The notes: generated by a model from the letters alone, not told the origin. A DNA stretch of 64,000 nt from Minisyncoccota bacterium (GCA_017881075.1 JADGRH010000001.1:59639-123638), one strand, 5' to 3'; numbered from the stretch's first letter, positions 1-10,428 are shown. Program-made: numbers and translations.

Positions 1-3000
1 GCAACCTCATCTATATTCAGGGTGAATGCTAATGGCAACGTCGGCATCGGGACGACGACACCGGGGTATAAGTTACACGTTAAGTCGGCTAGTGATATTC
101 AATTTGCTCTCGACGTTGATAGTGGAGGTAGATACACAAGTCAATATTTTCTGAATAATGGCTCAACTCGTGCGGTTAATTTTTGGGACGAGACGAGTAA
201 TAATTTAACAATTGGAACATCGCACTCGGGCGCAGATTTGATTTTCAATCGGGGATTAAATGCTGCAGCAATGACGATTAGTGGAACTACAGGCAACGTC
301 GGCATCGGGACGACGACGCCTAGTACAAAATTGTCAGTGGCAGGTCAAGGATTCTTTGAAACTTCGACTGAAACCCCAGTGGGTTCTGGAACTCCTGGTC
401 CTGGGATAAGGATTGGGTATCTTACAAGCGGTGATTATGGATATATAACTTCAAGTAATTCTGGTGTAGCGGCTAAAAACTTGGTTTTGCAGCCTGGCGG
501 AACTGGAAATGTGGGTATCAATCAAACTGTGCCATTAGATTTGCTTCATATAGCAGGTGATAACATAGCTACGATAAGATTGCAAAACACAATCTCTGGT
601 GGAAAAACGTACCAAATCGGTTCCGCCATTTCTGGTGTAAGTAATGCAGGTTTTCAAATCTATAATGTTACCAACTCAAGAAGTGAAATGGTAATTGATA
701 CAAACGGCAACGTCGGCATCGGGACGACGGCGCCGGGTGGAAAACTAAGTGTCTCCGGCGGTGCCGCTATTGGCTCATCTTACGCTACCACTGCAGTTTC
801 GGATGGAAATCTCATAGTTTCTGGTTCTTTGGGCATCGGGACGACGACTCCTGGATCTAAACTCGACATCTGGGGAAATCTCAATGTGGCTACTGGCACC
901 ACTCCGGCACTTTTCGTGAATACGGCGACGGGGAATGTGGGAATTGGAGTTATTAATCCCGGTAAACCTTTAGATGTAACGGGAGATATTAGAGCTAGTG
1001 GAAATCTGTTGGCAGGGGGCGGCAATGCTTATCTTTTTAACGGAGGAGTTAGATTAGGAAATTCTTCTGGAGAAATTGATCTTTCTGCTAACGATATGAT
1101 TTACGGACCCAATGCCGGAACAACCAATCATATATTCAAGATCGGAGGAAATGAAATCGCTAGGATAAATTCAACAGGAATCGGCATCGGCACGACAACC
1201 CCAGGAGCAAAGCTACATGCTCTTTCCACCACCGAGCAATTAAGACTAGGATACGATGCTTCAAACTACAATTCCTTCACTGTCGGTTCGACTGGAAGTC
1301 TCACAGTCGCCGCTGTAGGAACTAATCCTAATATCACCCTTACACCTGGTGGAACGGGGTATACCATATTGAACGGCAACGTCGGCATCGGAACGACGGC
1401 GCCGGGTCAAAAACTTGATGTGGCAGGAAACATTAATGTTTCAACTAATTCTGCCTATATGTATAACGGCCTGAATGTCATCACCGCATCAACTACATTG
1501 AGTAATTATTTCTTCGGTGGTTCTGGTAACTTAACAATGACTGGAAACGCCAACACCGCCAGTGGTTATCAGGCGCTCTATAGCAACACCACTGGAACCA
1601 CCAACACCGCCAGTGGTTTTCGTGCGCTCTATAGCAACACCACTGGAACCTACAACACCGCCAGTGGTATTAATGCGCTCTATAGCAACACCACTGGAAC
1701 CCGCAACACCGCCAATGGTCTTGGAGCGCTCTATAGCAACACCACTGGAGGCAATAATGCGGGATATGGTATCAACTCTGGCTACGGCCTCACCACTGGG
1801 AACAATAACACCTTAATCGGACCTTCTGATTCTGTGGTCGCTTCATACAATCAGGTTACTACTGGCTCTAACAACATTTCAATCGGCAACAATGTCGCCG
1901 TGGCCAGCCCAACGGCAAGTAATCAATTGAACATTGGTAATCTTATCTATGGTACAGGCTTGAATGGCACGGGAGCGACGATAAGTGGCGGCAACGTCGG
2001 CATTGGGACGATTGCCCCAGACAAAAAACTCGAAGTCAATTTAGGAACATCAGATGCTCTCCGACTCACTTACAACGACTCTGATGGAAGTGCGGCTAAC
2101 TATACGGATTTCAATGTTTCTTCCGTCGGAAGTTTGACCATTGCTCCCACAGGAACTAATCCTAATATTACTCTCACCCCAGGAGGAACGGGGTATACCA
2201 TATTGAACGGCAATGTTGGGATTGGGACGAGCACGCCGACGTTGCCATTGGTTGTTAACGGCAAAATTATGAGCTATGGGAACAGTACTAACCAGATTAC
2301 TATGTCACCGGCGGGCAATGGCGTAGACAGTTACGCTCATTTGCAAATATTCAACACCGCAGGGTATGGTCAGGGCTATTTGGATTTTTATACCTATCCC
2401 GGCCAGGGTCTGGGTACACCTACGGTAAGATGGCGGGGCGTTGACCTCGGCAGCTACACCGGTGGCCACGTATTCTCGGCTTCCGCCGCCTCGCAGAACG
2501 GCGCTTCCACGGATGTCTTATTCGTTGGAAATACCGGAGCTACTGGCGTACTTACTAATCATTTTGGCGTAGGTGTGTTAACTAACGCGCCAGTATCGGC
2601 GTTGGATGTTAACGGCGGGGTAAGCATCGGTTCATACGCCGCTGTTAACGCGGCCCCGAGCAACGGGTTAATTGTCAGTGGCAACGTCGGCATCGGGACG
2701 ACGACACCAGGATTTAATCTTCAGGTTGCAGGTACTGGAGTTTCAGCGGCATTTGGGGCGGCGGCAAATAATAACGGAGCGGGGGTTGCTTTCTTGGGGT
2801 CAAGCACTGGCAAAAATTTCTTTATCGGTAATCAATATAATATAGGTGGCGCTTTGGAGATTACGCCATCGACTGCCAATGGCGGTTCCACTTTCACGAC
2901 GCCTGTTGTCACAATTTTAAGCACCGGCAACGTCGGCATCGGGACGACGGCGCCAGGCACCAAACTGGAAGTGGTTGGTACGGCTTCTTCTACTGGTTTG

Positions 3001-6000
3001 CAGGTTAATGGCAACGGAGCAATCACAGGAACGATAAGTGCACCAACTTTTGTAGCTACCACAAACAATATCGCGTTCCTTTCACTAAAATCACTTTCTT
3101 CTACAATTGGAGTGGGAGTTACAAATGGAGATGTTCTTTCATTTGACTGGGGCGGAATATATCCAAAGGGGTATCAATTCAGAACATCGGCGACACAGGG
3201 GATTAATATAGATAGTTCAGGCAACGTCGGCATCGGGACGACGGCGCCAGGGGCATCTTTGCAAGTTGCTGGCACTGGTATATGGTCTAGCGTTTACGGT
3301 TTTTCTGCCGGTGGGAACGCGCCACTTGCAGTTGGCACAGCAGTACTTCGTACGGGTAATGACTTCCGTATTCAGGACGATGGTAGTTTTAAAATAAATC
3401 AAAGTGGCGCGGCGGCATTCCTGACAATATTAAACACCGGCAACGTCGGCATCGGCACGACGGCACCTAGGGAAAAACTTGATGTTGCGGGAAATATCAC
3501 CACGGATTGGGCAGACCGCTTCATTGGAACTGAATATCAAGATGGCTCTACTTACAGAATGGGTATGAAAGTAGTTACTTCAGATAGAGATTTGCAGATA
3601 ATTAACAAGAGCGCAGGAGAGAATTTTTCGGGAATTTCCTTTCATACGGGGACTGGTCCAACGGAGCGTATGAGAATTGATAAGGGCGGCAACGTCGGCA
3701 TCGGGACGACGAATCCTGGAAACAAGTTAGTTGTGAGCGGAGCCGGTTATACTTATGCAGAGGTAGATGCAAGTTCGAGCAGCGGAACATATTCCGGAGG
3801 TTATCGTGCATATAATGATGTCGGGGCACAGGTATTATTGGATATTTATGCCAGCTCCAGTGTGGGCACATATCTAGGCCAGCCTCTTTCTAATCTTGTA
3901 AGGTTAACGGATTATAGCGGTTCAAGCGGTATTGCCATAGGCACATACACAAATACTCCGCTCACGTTAGGCACCAATAATTCGGCAAGGTTGGTAATCA
4001 ATGGTGCAGGCAACGTCGGCATCGGGACGACGGCACCGAGTGCGAAGTTACAAGTAAATGTAGCCAGTGGGTATGCAAATACTTGGTGGTCAAATGATAG
4101 TGTAACTACTCCATTTAGCGCTATTTACGGAGCTCACGTTGTTGGGTCATTCGGTCAAAATTATTCAACGGGTGGAGGTGCTGATTTTGCTGGATTTAGT
4201 CACGCAAATAACGAAGTCGGGGTGGAATTTGACGGATATGTAGGGGGAACTAGTCCTACAGCACCTGCACTTTTATTGGCAGGTTGGAAGTCTAATGGCA
4301 CTACGGGTGCTTCGGCGATGAGTGGAACAGATATTATTGCGCAGATTGCGGCTGGTGCGTCTCCTGTTGTGACAGTTCAAGCAAACGGCAACGTCGGCAT
4401 CGGGACGACGTCACCTGTCTCAAAATTAGATGTCTCAGTAACTTCACCAGGGTCAACAAACTTTGGTTTAAGTGTGCGGGATTCTACCGTAACCCCAACG
4501 TATGCCAGTAATGCAGATAATCTTTTAACTGTAAGAGGGGCAGGCAGTTCGGTAACTACTTGGAAAGGAAGAATTACTGCAGGTGGAGATAATGTGGAAT
4601 TTCTTATGGGTGAATACAATTCTCTTGCTTGGTTAGGAGCGCATAATGCCGCCCTCAATGCTTGGACTAACATATATATTAACCCTGATGGTGGGTCAAA
4701 TGCATACATTGGAGATTCAGGTGGTGGAGTTAACAATATCCCAGTTCCGATTCTTGCGGTAATTAACAGCACCGGCAACGTCGGTATCGGGACGACGGCG
4801 CCAGATGTAAATCTAGCAATTGGTTCACAGTTACTTGGTGCGCAAGGATTAAGCGGAGCCGTCTTAAACCTTGGTGGTAGTTCCTCTCAAATGCCAGGCA
4901 TAAATATTGGGCAAGACGCTACTCACGCCATAGAGTTTTATTGGATAGGCAATGCGACACCTGGAAGTGCGACTGCTGCGTTGGAAACCTCTGGCTACTT
5001 AAATCCATTTGCTATTAACGGTTCAAAAACAACCATACAAAGTGCGGCTGGAAATGTGATATTGGCGACAGGTGGTGGCAACGTCGGCATCGGGACGACG
5101 GCACCGGGTGGAAAACTAAGCGTGTCCGGCGGTGCAGCTATTGGCTCATCTTACGCTACCACCGCAGTTTCGGATGGAAATCTCATAGTTTCTGGTTCTT
5201 TGGGCATCGGGACGACGGCGCCGGGGTCAAAGATTCAGGCTGTAGGAGGATATATATCAACTTTTGATAACACTGGATACGGACCTGCATTTATGCAAGG
5301 CGCAAGTGGTGTTTCATATTTCGGCAACACCGGGACTTCAAGAATTGCTTTCGGGAACAATACTAATTATGAAAGGATGACGATTTTAGATAACGGCAAC
5401 GTCGGCATCGGGACGACTACTCCGGGTTTTCTTCTCACTGTTGCTGGCACTTCCAACATCACCGGAGCGGCGATATTCGGATCGACTCTAGGAGTTACTG
5501 GTGCAACAACTCTTTCTTCAACTTTGGGCGTCACCGGCCAAACAACTCTGGCGAATGCTTCATCAACGAATCTCACCGTCTCCACTAATTCATATCTTGG
5601 AACTGTGCAGTCAGGAACTTGGAATGGAACGACCATTGCTGTAGCAAACGGAGGCACTGGCCAAACCACATACACTAATGGCCAACTCCTGATTGGTAAC
5701 ACTACCGGCAATACTCTTACAAAAGCAGCTTTGACAGGCACTACAAATCAAGTAGTAGTGACAAATAGCACAGGTTCAATCACTCTTTCCACTCCGCAGG
5801 ATATTGCTACGGCCTCCACTCCAACCTTCGCCTCAACCACTCTTTCAAACTTTACTCTAGGATCCATCCCATTCTTCGGCAGTAGTGGAAAACTGGGTCA
5901 AAACAATGCCAACTTTTTCTGGGATGGTACCAATAACAGATTAGGGATTGGGACATCTACTCCCGATACGCTCCTTACCGTTGCAGGAAACGGAAGATTC

Positions 6001-9000
6001 ACCGGCACCCTCTCCGCTTCAAATCTCTCCGGCACCAACACTGGCGATGTAACTCTAGGAGCAATTGCTGCTACTCCAAACGCAAACGGAGCTTCTCTTT
6101 CCGGGCAAGTCTTAACTTTGCAGCCAGCCTCGACTTCCTTTGGCGGTGTCGTTACAACCGGAACTCAATCGTTTACAGGAGATAAGACCTTTACATCAAA
6201 CTCACTCGCAGCTTTACAAGTTACGGGGAGTAACACAGGAAGAACCTCTATCACTGTTCAAAATACGAACGCATCAGGTAATGCATCATTCTACTTTCAA
6301 AATGATAGAGGTAGCTTCAATTCATACGGAGGCCTTTTGACAGGAGGTTCGTCAGATGTAGGAGGTACTTTATTTGGGCTTGCTCGTGCGGACAGAACCT
6401 TCTTGATAAATGATGGTACTAATGCTCTAGGACTTGCTCTTGGTACTTTGACAGCACAGCCATTGACACTAGGAACGAATAATTTGGCACGGGTCACAAT
6501 TCTAAGTGGTGGTAATGTCGGAATTGGAACGACAGCACCGACCAGCACACTTGAATTATATAGAGGCGATAACAATATCGGGCCAACTCTTACTTTGAAT
6601 AATCCTACTGGAAATGCAGGCACCGCCGGATCAGCAATAGACTTTCTCGGTTATAGCGGAGCGAGCCAGCCGGTTACTAATAGGATTAAAACCATCGACG
6701 ATGGAGCTTATGGCTATCATTTAGCATTTCTCACCAAAGCGGATTCTTCGGGAGGAGCACTTTTTGAAGCAATGAGGATACAAGGAGGCACGGGCAATGT
6801 TGGGATCGCCACCACCACTCCGGGCTTTCCACTTACAGTGACAGGCGCTTCTAATTTCACCGGCGCCCTCAACTTTAACGGCGCCGCTGGATCTTCCGGA
6901 AACATCCTCCAATCAAACGGATCGGGAAGCGCTCCAAGCTGGGTATCAACCACCACACTCGGTACCATTGCGGTAAACCAAGGCGGCACCGGCCAAACTA
7001 CTTATACAAACGGCCAGCTCTTGATCGGAAACACCACCGGAAATACATTAACAAAAGCAACTCTCACGGGCACCGCTAACCAAGTGAATGTTACGAATGG
7101 TGCTGGTTCAATTACCCTTTCTACTCCTCAAAATATTGGTACCACATCCTCTCCCACATTTAACTCTCTCAATATCGCTAATGGATCAACATATAGCGGT
7201 TGGATAGGTAATTTCGGGCTAGGCTCTGACTGGGTTGGATTTACCGCAGATGGAGCGCAAAGTGCTTCAAAGTATGCATTCGAAGCAACGGCATCATATG
7301 GTGAAACTGTTTTTAATGCTAACGGTGGGGGGACATTGCCCTTCATTGATTTTCGATTTTCCAACGGGGGTGTTGAACCTATTACCAGAATATATGGGTC
7401 TGGCGGGCTCTATTTTGGTAGTGTGGCTGGTGCTGCTGACCCCGGTTTACAGAACCTCTCTATCTTTTCTGGAAAACTTGGTGTTGGGGTTCTAACCGCT
7501 TCTGCCAAAATCCACGCCCTTTCCACCACCGAGCAATTAAGACTAGGCTACGATGCTTCCAACTACAATTCCTTTACTGTCGGTTCAACTGGAAGTCTCA
7601 CAGTCGCCGCTGTAGGAACTAATCCTAATATTACCCTCACGCCGGGCGGAACTGGGTATACCATATTGAACGGCAACGTCGGCATCGGGACGACGACGCC
7701 AGGGGCAAAGTTGAGTGTCAAAGGTGGTGGTACTACAACAGGTCTTAACTTCCAAACTACAAACTCTAATAACCTACCTTTGGTCACAATATTAGACTCC
7801 GGCAACGTCGGCATCGGGACGACGACGCCGGGGAATAAACTCCAGATAAATGCTGCTCTTGCCACTGCTTCTGAATCTTTGCTTCGTCTGTCTGGAGGGT
7901 CAACGGGATTTGCCGGGACCAATGATGCAGGCACTGCGTATTCTCTTGTGTTCGATGGTACTGCATATAGTGTTGGTACTGGAGTTGTGCAACGTGATGG
8001 TGCAAAGATTGAGATGGCAAAAGAGGCATCGTGGAACGAAGCCGGTGGTGGCGGCGGTCCGCTTGGAGCATTATTGTTCTACACGAGTGCAGGTTCAATT
8101 GCATCTCCGAAGCTAACGGAAAAAATGAGAATAACAAGTCTCGGCAACGTCGGTATCGGGACGACGGCGCCGGATTCGAAGTTAACTATTTCATCAAATA
8201 CCGCAACCTTACCGTCTGGGGCAGCCACACTTCGTATTGCTGAAGCCGATACCGTGCAGACTAGCGCGGTTATAGACGCTTTTGCTACTAACGGGCTTTT
8301 TAACTTTCGACGGGCCGACACTACGGCGGCAAGCCCCTCGGCGGTCCAGTCTGGTGAAAATTTGGGCGTGTTCGGCGCCGCTGGCTACGGAACCAGTGCT
8401 TATTCCGGCACCCGCGCCCGCGTTGGATTTTTTGCCGATGAGACTTGGACGAATACTGCTAATGGAACATCCATTCGCTTTAGCACTACGCTCAATGGCG
8501 CCGCCACAGCGGGAGGCACGGAACGCATGAGAATAGATAACGCCGGCAATGTCGGAATTGGCACCTCCACCCCGGACCAAGCTCTAGTTGTATCAGGTAC
8601 GGCAAGAGCTACCAACTTACTCGGAGGTGCCACAACTCTTTCAACCGATGCTTCAGGTAACATTATTCGTACTCCATCAGACATTAGTCTCAAGGAAAAC
8701 ATCCAAAATATCGATAGCGCTGATGCTCTAAGCCAGGTTCTAGCCCTTCAAGGAGTAACCTATTTCTGGAAGGACAAGGCGAGATTTGGCACTGCCCAAG
8801 AAATTGGCTTCATCGCCCAGCAAGTCGAACCGATTGTCCCCCAAGTAGTTAAAAGCGGAGGAGCCTACAAATCCCTTAACTATGGTAACTTAACAGCCGT
8901 CCTTGCCAGCGCCATTCAAGAGCAACAAAAACAGATTACAGCCAATGCTTCAACGACGCGGGCCAATGCCTCAAGCACCGCCTCCGCTCTTTCTTCACTG

Positions 9001-9606
9001 GATCTTAGAGTAAGTACCTTAGAGAACCTGGGACCCCAAAGAGGGGGTGGAGGAGTCAGCACTGGAATCTTTGAAGATCTCCTTTCAACACTACAATCCT
9101 TTGGCACCGAAATCGTTGACGGAGTTTCTTATATGAAGAACTTCCTTGCTGAACATCTCACTACCCAGAACTTGACTATAAAAGGCAAAGATATTACGAA
9201 GACAGGATTCACTATTTATGATCGGGCTACCGGCGATCCTATCTGCGTCTATTTTGAGAACGGGATCCAAAAGACTTCCCCAGGCGAGTGTCCCGACAGC
9301 ACAGCTACTTCAACTCCTCCAACAGACACTACCTCCATTGTCTCAGACAACAACCCCCCAATAGATCCCCTCACCGGATCCAGCACTCCTCCGATCTCCG
9401 ATATCGGATCAAATCCTCCTCCAGACCAACCCCCTCCAACACCACCACCCGCCGACCCCACTCCGCCCTCCGATCCCACCTCCTTGATAGCGCCGAGCGC
9501 CCCAACATCACCACCAGCCCCTGATACGTCAGGATCGAATCCTTCTGATTCGACGTCCGCTCCCGCTGATCCGGGCTCGGCTCCTTCCAATGGGGGAGGC
9601 AATTAG
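1..9606 (+). CDS. Giant repetitive surface/tail-fibre-like protein with GNVGIGTT repeats and C-terminal peptidase S74 (intramolecular chaperone) domain; 5'-truncated by the window
   Basis: Frame is open from base 1. About 28 GNVGIGTTxP-like repeats; S74-like segment SDISLKENI...LQGVTYFWKD...IGFIAQQVEPIVPQVV...LNYGNL near 8677-8940, then a coiled coil and a Pro/Ser/Thr/Asp-rich tail. Confidence 0.85.
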   Translation, partial: ATSSIFRVNANGNVGIGTTTPGYKLHVKSASDIQFALDVDSGGRYTSQYFLNNGSTRAVNFWDETSNNLTIGTSHSGADLIFNRGLNAAAMTISGTTGNVGIGTTTPSTKLSVAGQGFFETSTETPVGSGTPGPGIRIGYLTSGDYGYITSSNSGVAAKNLVLQPGGTGNVGINQTVPLDLLHIAGDNIATIRLQNTISGGKTYQIGSAISGVSNAGFQIYNVTNSRSEMVIDTNGNVGIGTTAPGGKLSVSGGAAIGSSYATTAVSDGNLIVSGSLGIGTTTPGSKLDIWGNLNVATGTTPALFVNTATGNVGIGVINPGKPLDVTGDIRASGNLLAGGGNAYLFNGGVRLGNSSGEIDLSANDMIYGPNAGTTNHIFKIGGNEIARINSTGIGIGTTTPGAKLHALSTTEQLRLGYDASNYNSFTVGSTGSLTVAAVGTNPNITLTPGGTGYTILNGNVGIGTTAPGQKLDVAGNINVSTNSAYMYNGLNVITASTTLSNYFFGGSGNLTMTGNANTASGYQALYSNTTGTTNTASGFRALYSNTTGTYNTASGINALYSNTTGTRNTANGLGALYSNTTGGNNAGYGINSGYGLTTGNNNTLIGPSDSVVASYNQVTTGSNNISIGNNVAVASPTASNQLNIGNLIYGTGLNGTGATISGGNVGIGTIAPDKKLEVNLGTSDALRLTYNDSDGSAANYTDFNVSSVGSLTIAPTGTNPNITLTPGGTGYTILNGNVGIGTSTPTLPLVVNGKIMSYGNSTNQITMSPAGNGVDSYAHLQIFNTAGYGQGYLDFYTYPGQGLGTPTVRWRGVDLGSYTGGHVFSASAASQNGASTDVLFVGNTGATGVLTNHFGVGVLTNAPVSALDVNGGVSIGSYAAVNAAPSNGLIVSGNVGIGTTTPGFNLQVAGTGVSAAFGAAANNNGAGVAFLGSSTGKNFFIGNQYNIGGALEITPSTANGGSTFTTPVVTILSTGNVGIGTTAPGTKLEVVGTASSTGLQVNGNGAITGTISAPTFVATTNNIAFLSLKSLSSTIGVGVTNGDVLSFDWGGIYPKGYQFRTSATQGINIDSSGNVGIGTTAPGASLQVAGTGIWSSVYGFSAGGNAPLAVGTAVLRTGNDFRIQDDGSFKINQSGAAAFLTILNTGNVGIGTTAPREKLDVAGNITTDWADRFIGTEYQDGSTYRMGMKVVTSDRDLQIINKSAGENFSGISFHTGTGPTERMRIDKGGNVGIGTTNPGNKLVVSGAGYTYAEVDASSSSGTYSGGYRAYNDVGAQVLLDIYASSSVGTYLGQPLSNLVRLTDYSGSSGIAIGTYTNTPLTLGTNNSARLVINGAGNVGIGTTAPSAKLQVNVASGYANTWWSNDSVTTPFSAIYGAHVVGSFGQNYSTGGGADFAGFSHANNEVGVEFDGYVGGTSPTAPALLLAGWKSNGTTGASAMSGTDIIAQIAAGASPVVTVQANGNVGIGTTSPVSKLDVSVTSPGSTNFGLSVRDSTVTPTYASNADNLLTVRGAGSSVTTWKGRITAGGDNVEFLMGEYNSLAWLGAHNAALNAWTNIYINPDGGSNAYIGDSGGGVNNIPVPILAVINSTGNVGIGTTAPDVNLAIGSQLLGAQGLSGAVLNLGGSSSQMPGINIGQDATHAIEFYWIGNATPGSATAALETSGYLNPFAINGSKTTIQSAAGNVILATGGGNVGIGTTAPGGKLSVSGGAAIGSSYATTAVSDGNLIVSGSLGIGTTAPGSKIQAVGGYISTFDNTGYGPAFMQGASGVSYFGNTGTSRIAFGNNTNYERMTILDNGNVGIGTTTPGFLLTVAGTSNITGAAIFGSTLGVTGATTLSSTLGVTGQTTLANASSTNLTVSTNSYLGTVQSGTWNGTTIAVANGGTGQTTYTNGQLLIGNTTGNTLTKAALTGTTNQVVVTNSTGSITLSTPQDIATASTPTFASTTLSNFTLGSIPFFGSSGKLGQNNANFFWDGTNNRLGIGTSTPDTLLTVAGNGRFTGTLSASNLSGTNTGDVTLGAIAATPNANGASLSGQVLTLQPASTSFGGVVTTGTQSFTGDKTFTSNSLAALQVTGSNTGRTSITVQNTNASGNASFYFQNDRGSFNSYGGLLTGGSSDVGGTLFGLARADRTFLINDGTNALGLALGTLTAQPLTLGTNNLARVTILSGGNVGIGTTAPTSTLELYRGDNNIGPTLTLNNPTGNAGTAGSAIDFLGYSGASQPVTNRIKTIDDGAYGYHLAFLTKADSSGGALFEAMRIQGGTGNVGIATTTPGFPLTVTGASNFTGALNFNGAAGSSGNILQSNGSGSAPSWVSTTTLGTIAVNQGGTGQTTYTNGQLLIGNTTGNTLTKATLTGTANQVNVTNGAGSITLSTPQNIGTTSSPTFNSLNIANGSTYSGWIGNFGLGSDWVGFTADGAQSASKYAFEATASYGETVFNANGGGTLPFIDFRFSNGGVEPITRIYGSGGLYFGSVAGAADPGLQNLSIFSGKLGVGVLTASAKIHALSTTEQLRLGYDASNYNSFTVGSTGSLTVAAVGTNPNITLTPGGTGYTILNGNVGIGTTTPGAKLSVKGGGTTTGLNFQTTNSNNLPLVTILDSGNVGIGTTTPGNKLQINAALATASESLLRLSGGSTGFAGTNDAGTAYSLVFDGTAYSVGTGVVQRDGAKIEMAKEASWNEAGGGGGPLGALLFYTSAGSIASPKLTEKMRITSLGNVGIGTTAPDSKLTISSNTATLPSGAATLRIAEADTVQTSAVIDAFATNGLFNFRRADTTAASPSAVQSGENLGVFGAAGYGTSAYSGTRARVGFFADETWTNTANGTSIRFSTTLNGAATAGGTERMRIDNAGNVGIGTSTPDQALVVSGTARATNLLGGATTLSTDASGNIIRTPSDISLKENIQNIDSADALSQVLALQGVTYFWKDKARFGTAQEIGFIAQQVEPIVPQVVKSGGAYKSLNYGNLTAVLASAIQEQQKQITANASTTRANASSTASALSSLDLRVSTLENLGPQRGGGGVSTGIFEDLLSTLQSFGTEIVDGVSYMKNFLAEHLTTQNLTIKGKDITKTGFTIYDRATGDPICVYFENGIQKTSPGECPDSTATSTPPTDTTSIVSDNNPPIDPLTGSSTPPISDIGSNPPPDQPPPTPPPADPTPPSDPTSLIAPSAPTSPPAPDTSGSNPSDSTSAPADPGSAPSNGGGN
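34..8166 (+). repeat. Dispersed 24-bp repeat GGCAACGTCGGCATCGGGACGACG within the giant ORF
   Basis: Exact copies start at 34, 292, 706, 2680, 2926, 3220, 3688, 4009, 4387, 5077, 7672 and 7801; one-mismatch copies at 1375, 3439, 4774, 5395 and 8143 (counted by eye). Confidence 0.95.
1552..1750 (+). repeat. 51-bp tandem repeat x4 (NTAxGxxALYSNTTGxx)
   Basis: Units start at 1552, 1603, 1654 and 1705; nearly identical DNA core gcgctctatagcaacaccactgga. Confidence 0.95.
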
Positions 9607-9629
9607 GGGTTAATCCCTGGTGGAATATC

Positions 9630-9652
9630 CATAAGAGGTTAAACCTCTTATG
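9630..9652. repeat. REP-like palindrome CATAAGAGGTT-A-AACCTCTTATG
   Basis: Perfect 11-bp arms around one central base; same architecture as the RAYT-2 REP. Confidence 0.7.
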
Positions 9653-9741
9653 AGCTTAGATCATGATTACTCACATTCTCATTAAAATTTCCATTAGTTT
9701 ACACGGTCTAGTGATGAAATATCGCTTCTTATTGCGTTAAT

Positions 9742-10428
9742 CTACGCTCCGATCTCCGATGTCGGATCGAATTCATCAAATGTTTTGGCAGGACTTGTGT
9801 CTACAAAATGCTTGTACTCTTCTTTGTTTTTAAATTGGTCAAGAATGAGATCTGTTTTTAGAAGTTCACCCCATCGATTTTCTCCAATATAGTCTTGATA
9901 ACTTGACCAAGGGTAAAAATGCTCCTTGTCCTTCCACCCCGGCAATTCTCGTGCGTTTCTATGAATATAAGCGGAAAGGTGAAGCAACTGAGTATTGTCT
10001 GCAATCAGGACACTCTTGAAAGCTCCCTGAAATAGGTGCCCGATATGAAGATCTTTATATTTTTCATTATTATATTTTGTAGCGGAGATTATAATTCTTT
10101 GTAAATATTTTGATAAAGCTCCATCTTTTTTCCCTGTCGCACTTAGATGAAAGTGATTTGGCATTAAGCCGAATGAGTGAAGCTCCACAGTACGCGAGGC
10201 GACGATCTCCGAAATGATTTTCTTGCTGACCTGGAATTTCCTATGCTTCTCAAAGTATTTTACATATTGAGATAGGTGGCTAAACTTAATCGGAGACTGG
10301 AAAAATAGTATAGTAAAAAGAAAGCGAATATAATCGCGATTATCGTGGAAAATAATTTGCTTATTATTGCCTCTGCTAAGGAGATGAAATACTTCACCCG
10401 CGGCCAAGTTGTCTTTTCTATATGGCAT
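9742..10428 (-). mobile_element. REP-associated tyrosine transposase (RAYT, IS200/Y1 HUH family) #1
   Basis: FHLLSRGNNKQIIF N-terminus, LMPNHFHL (HUH) motif, GHLFQGAFKS, YIHRN and YPWSSY; flanked by REPs. Confidence 0.9.

Noticed and set aside
34-8166. CRISPR array interpretation of the 24-bp repeat
   Set aside because: Spacers are 100 to over 1000 bp, variable in length and all in frame within one ORF; no cas genes in the window.
780-9602. Many antisense ORFs within the giant gene (VVPMPTLP repeats)
   Set aside because: These are shadow frames of the repetitive sense-strand codons.
1-9606. Diversity-generating retroelement acting on the giant gene
   Set aside because: No reverse transcriptase in the window, and differences between duplicated blocks are synonymous rather than adenine-specific.
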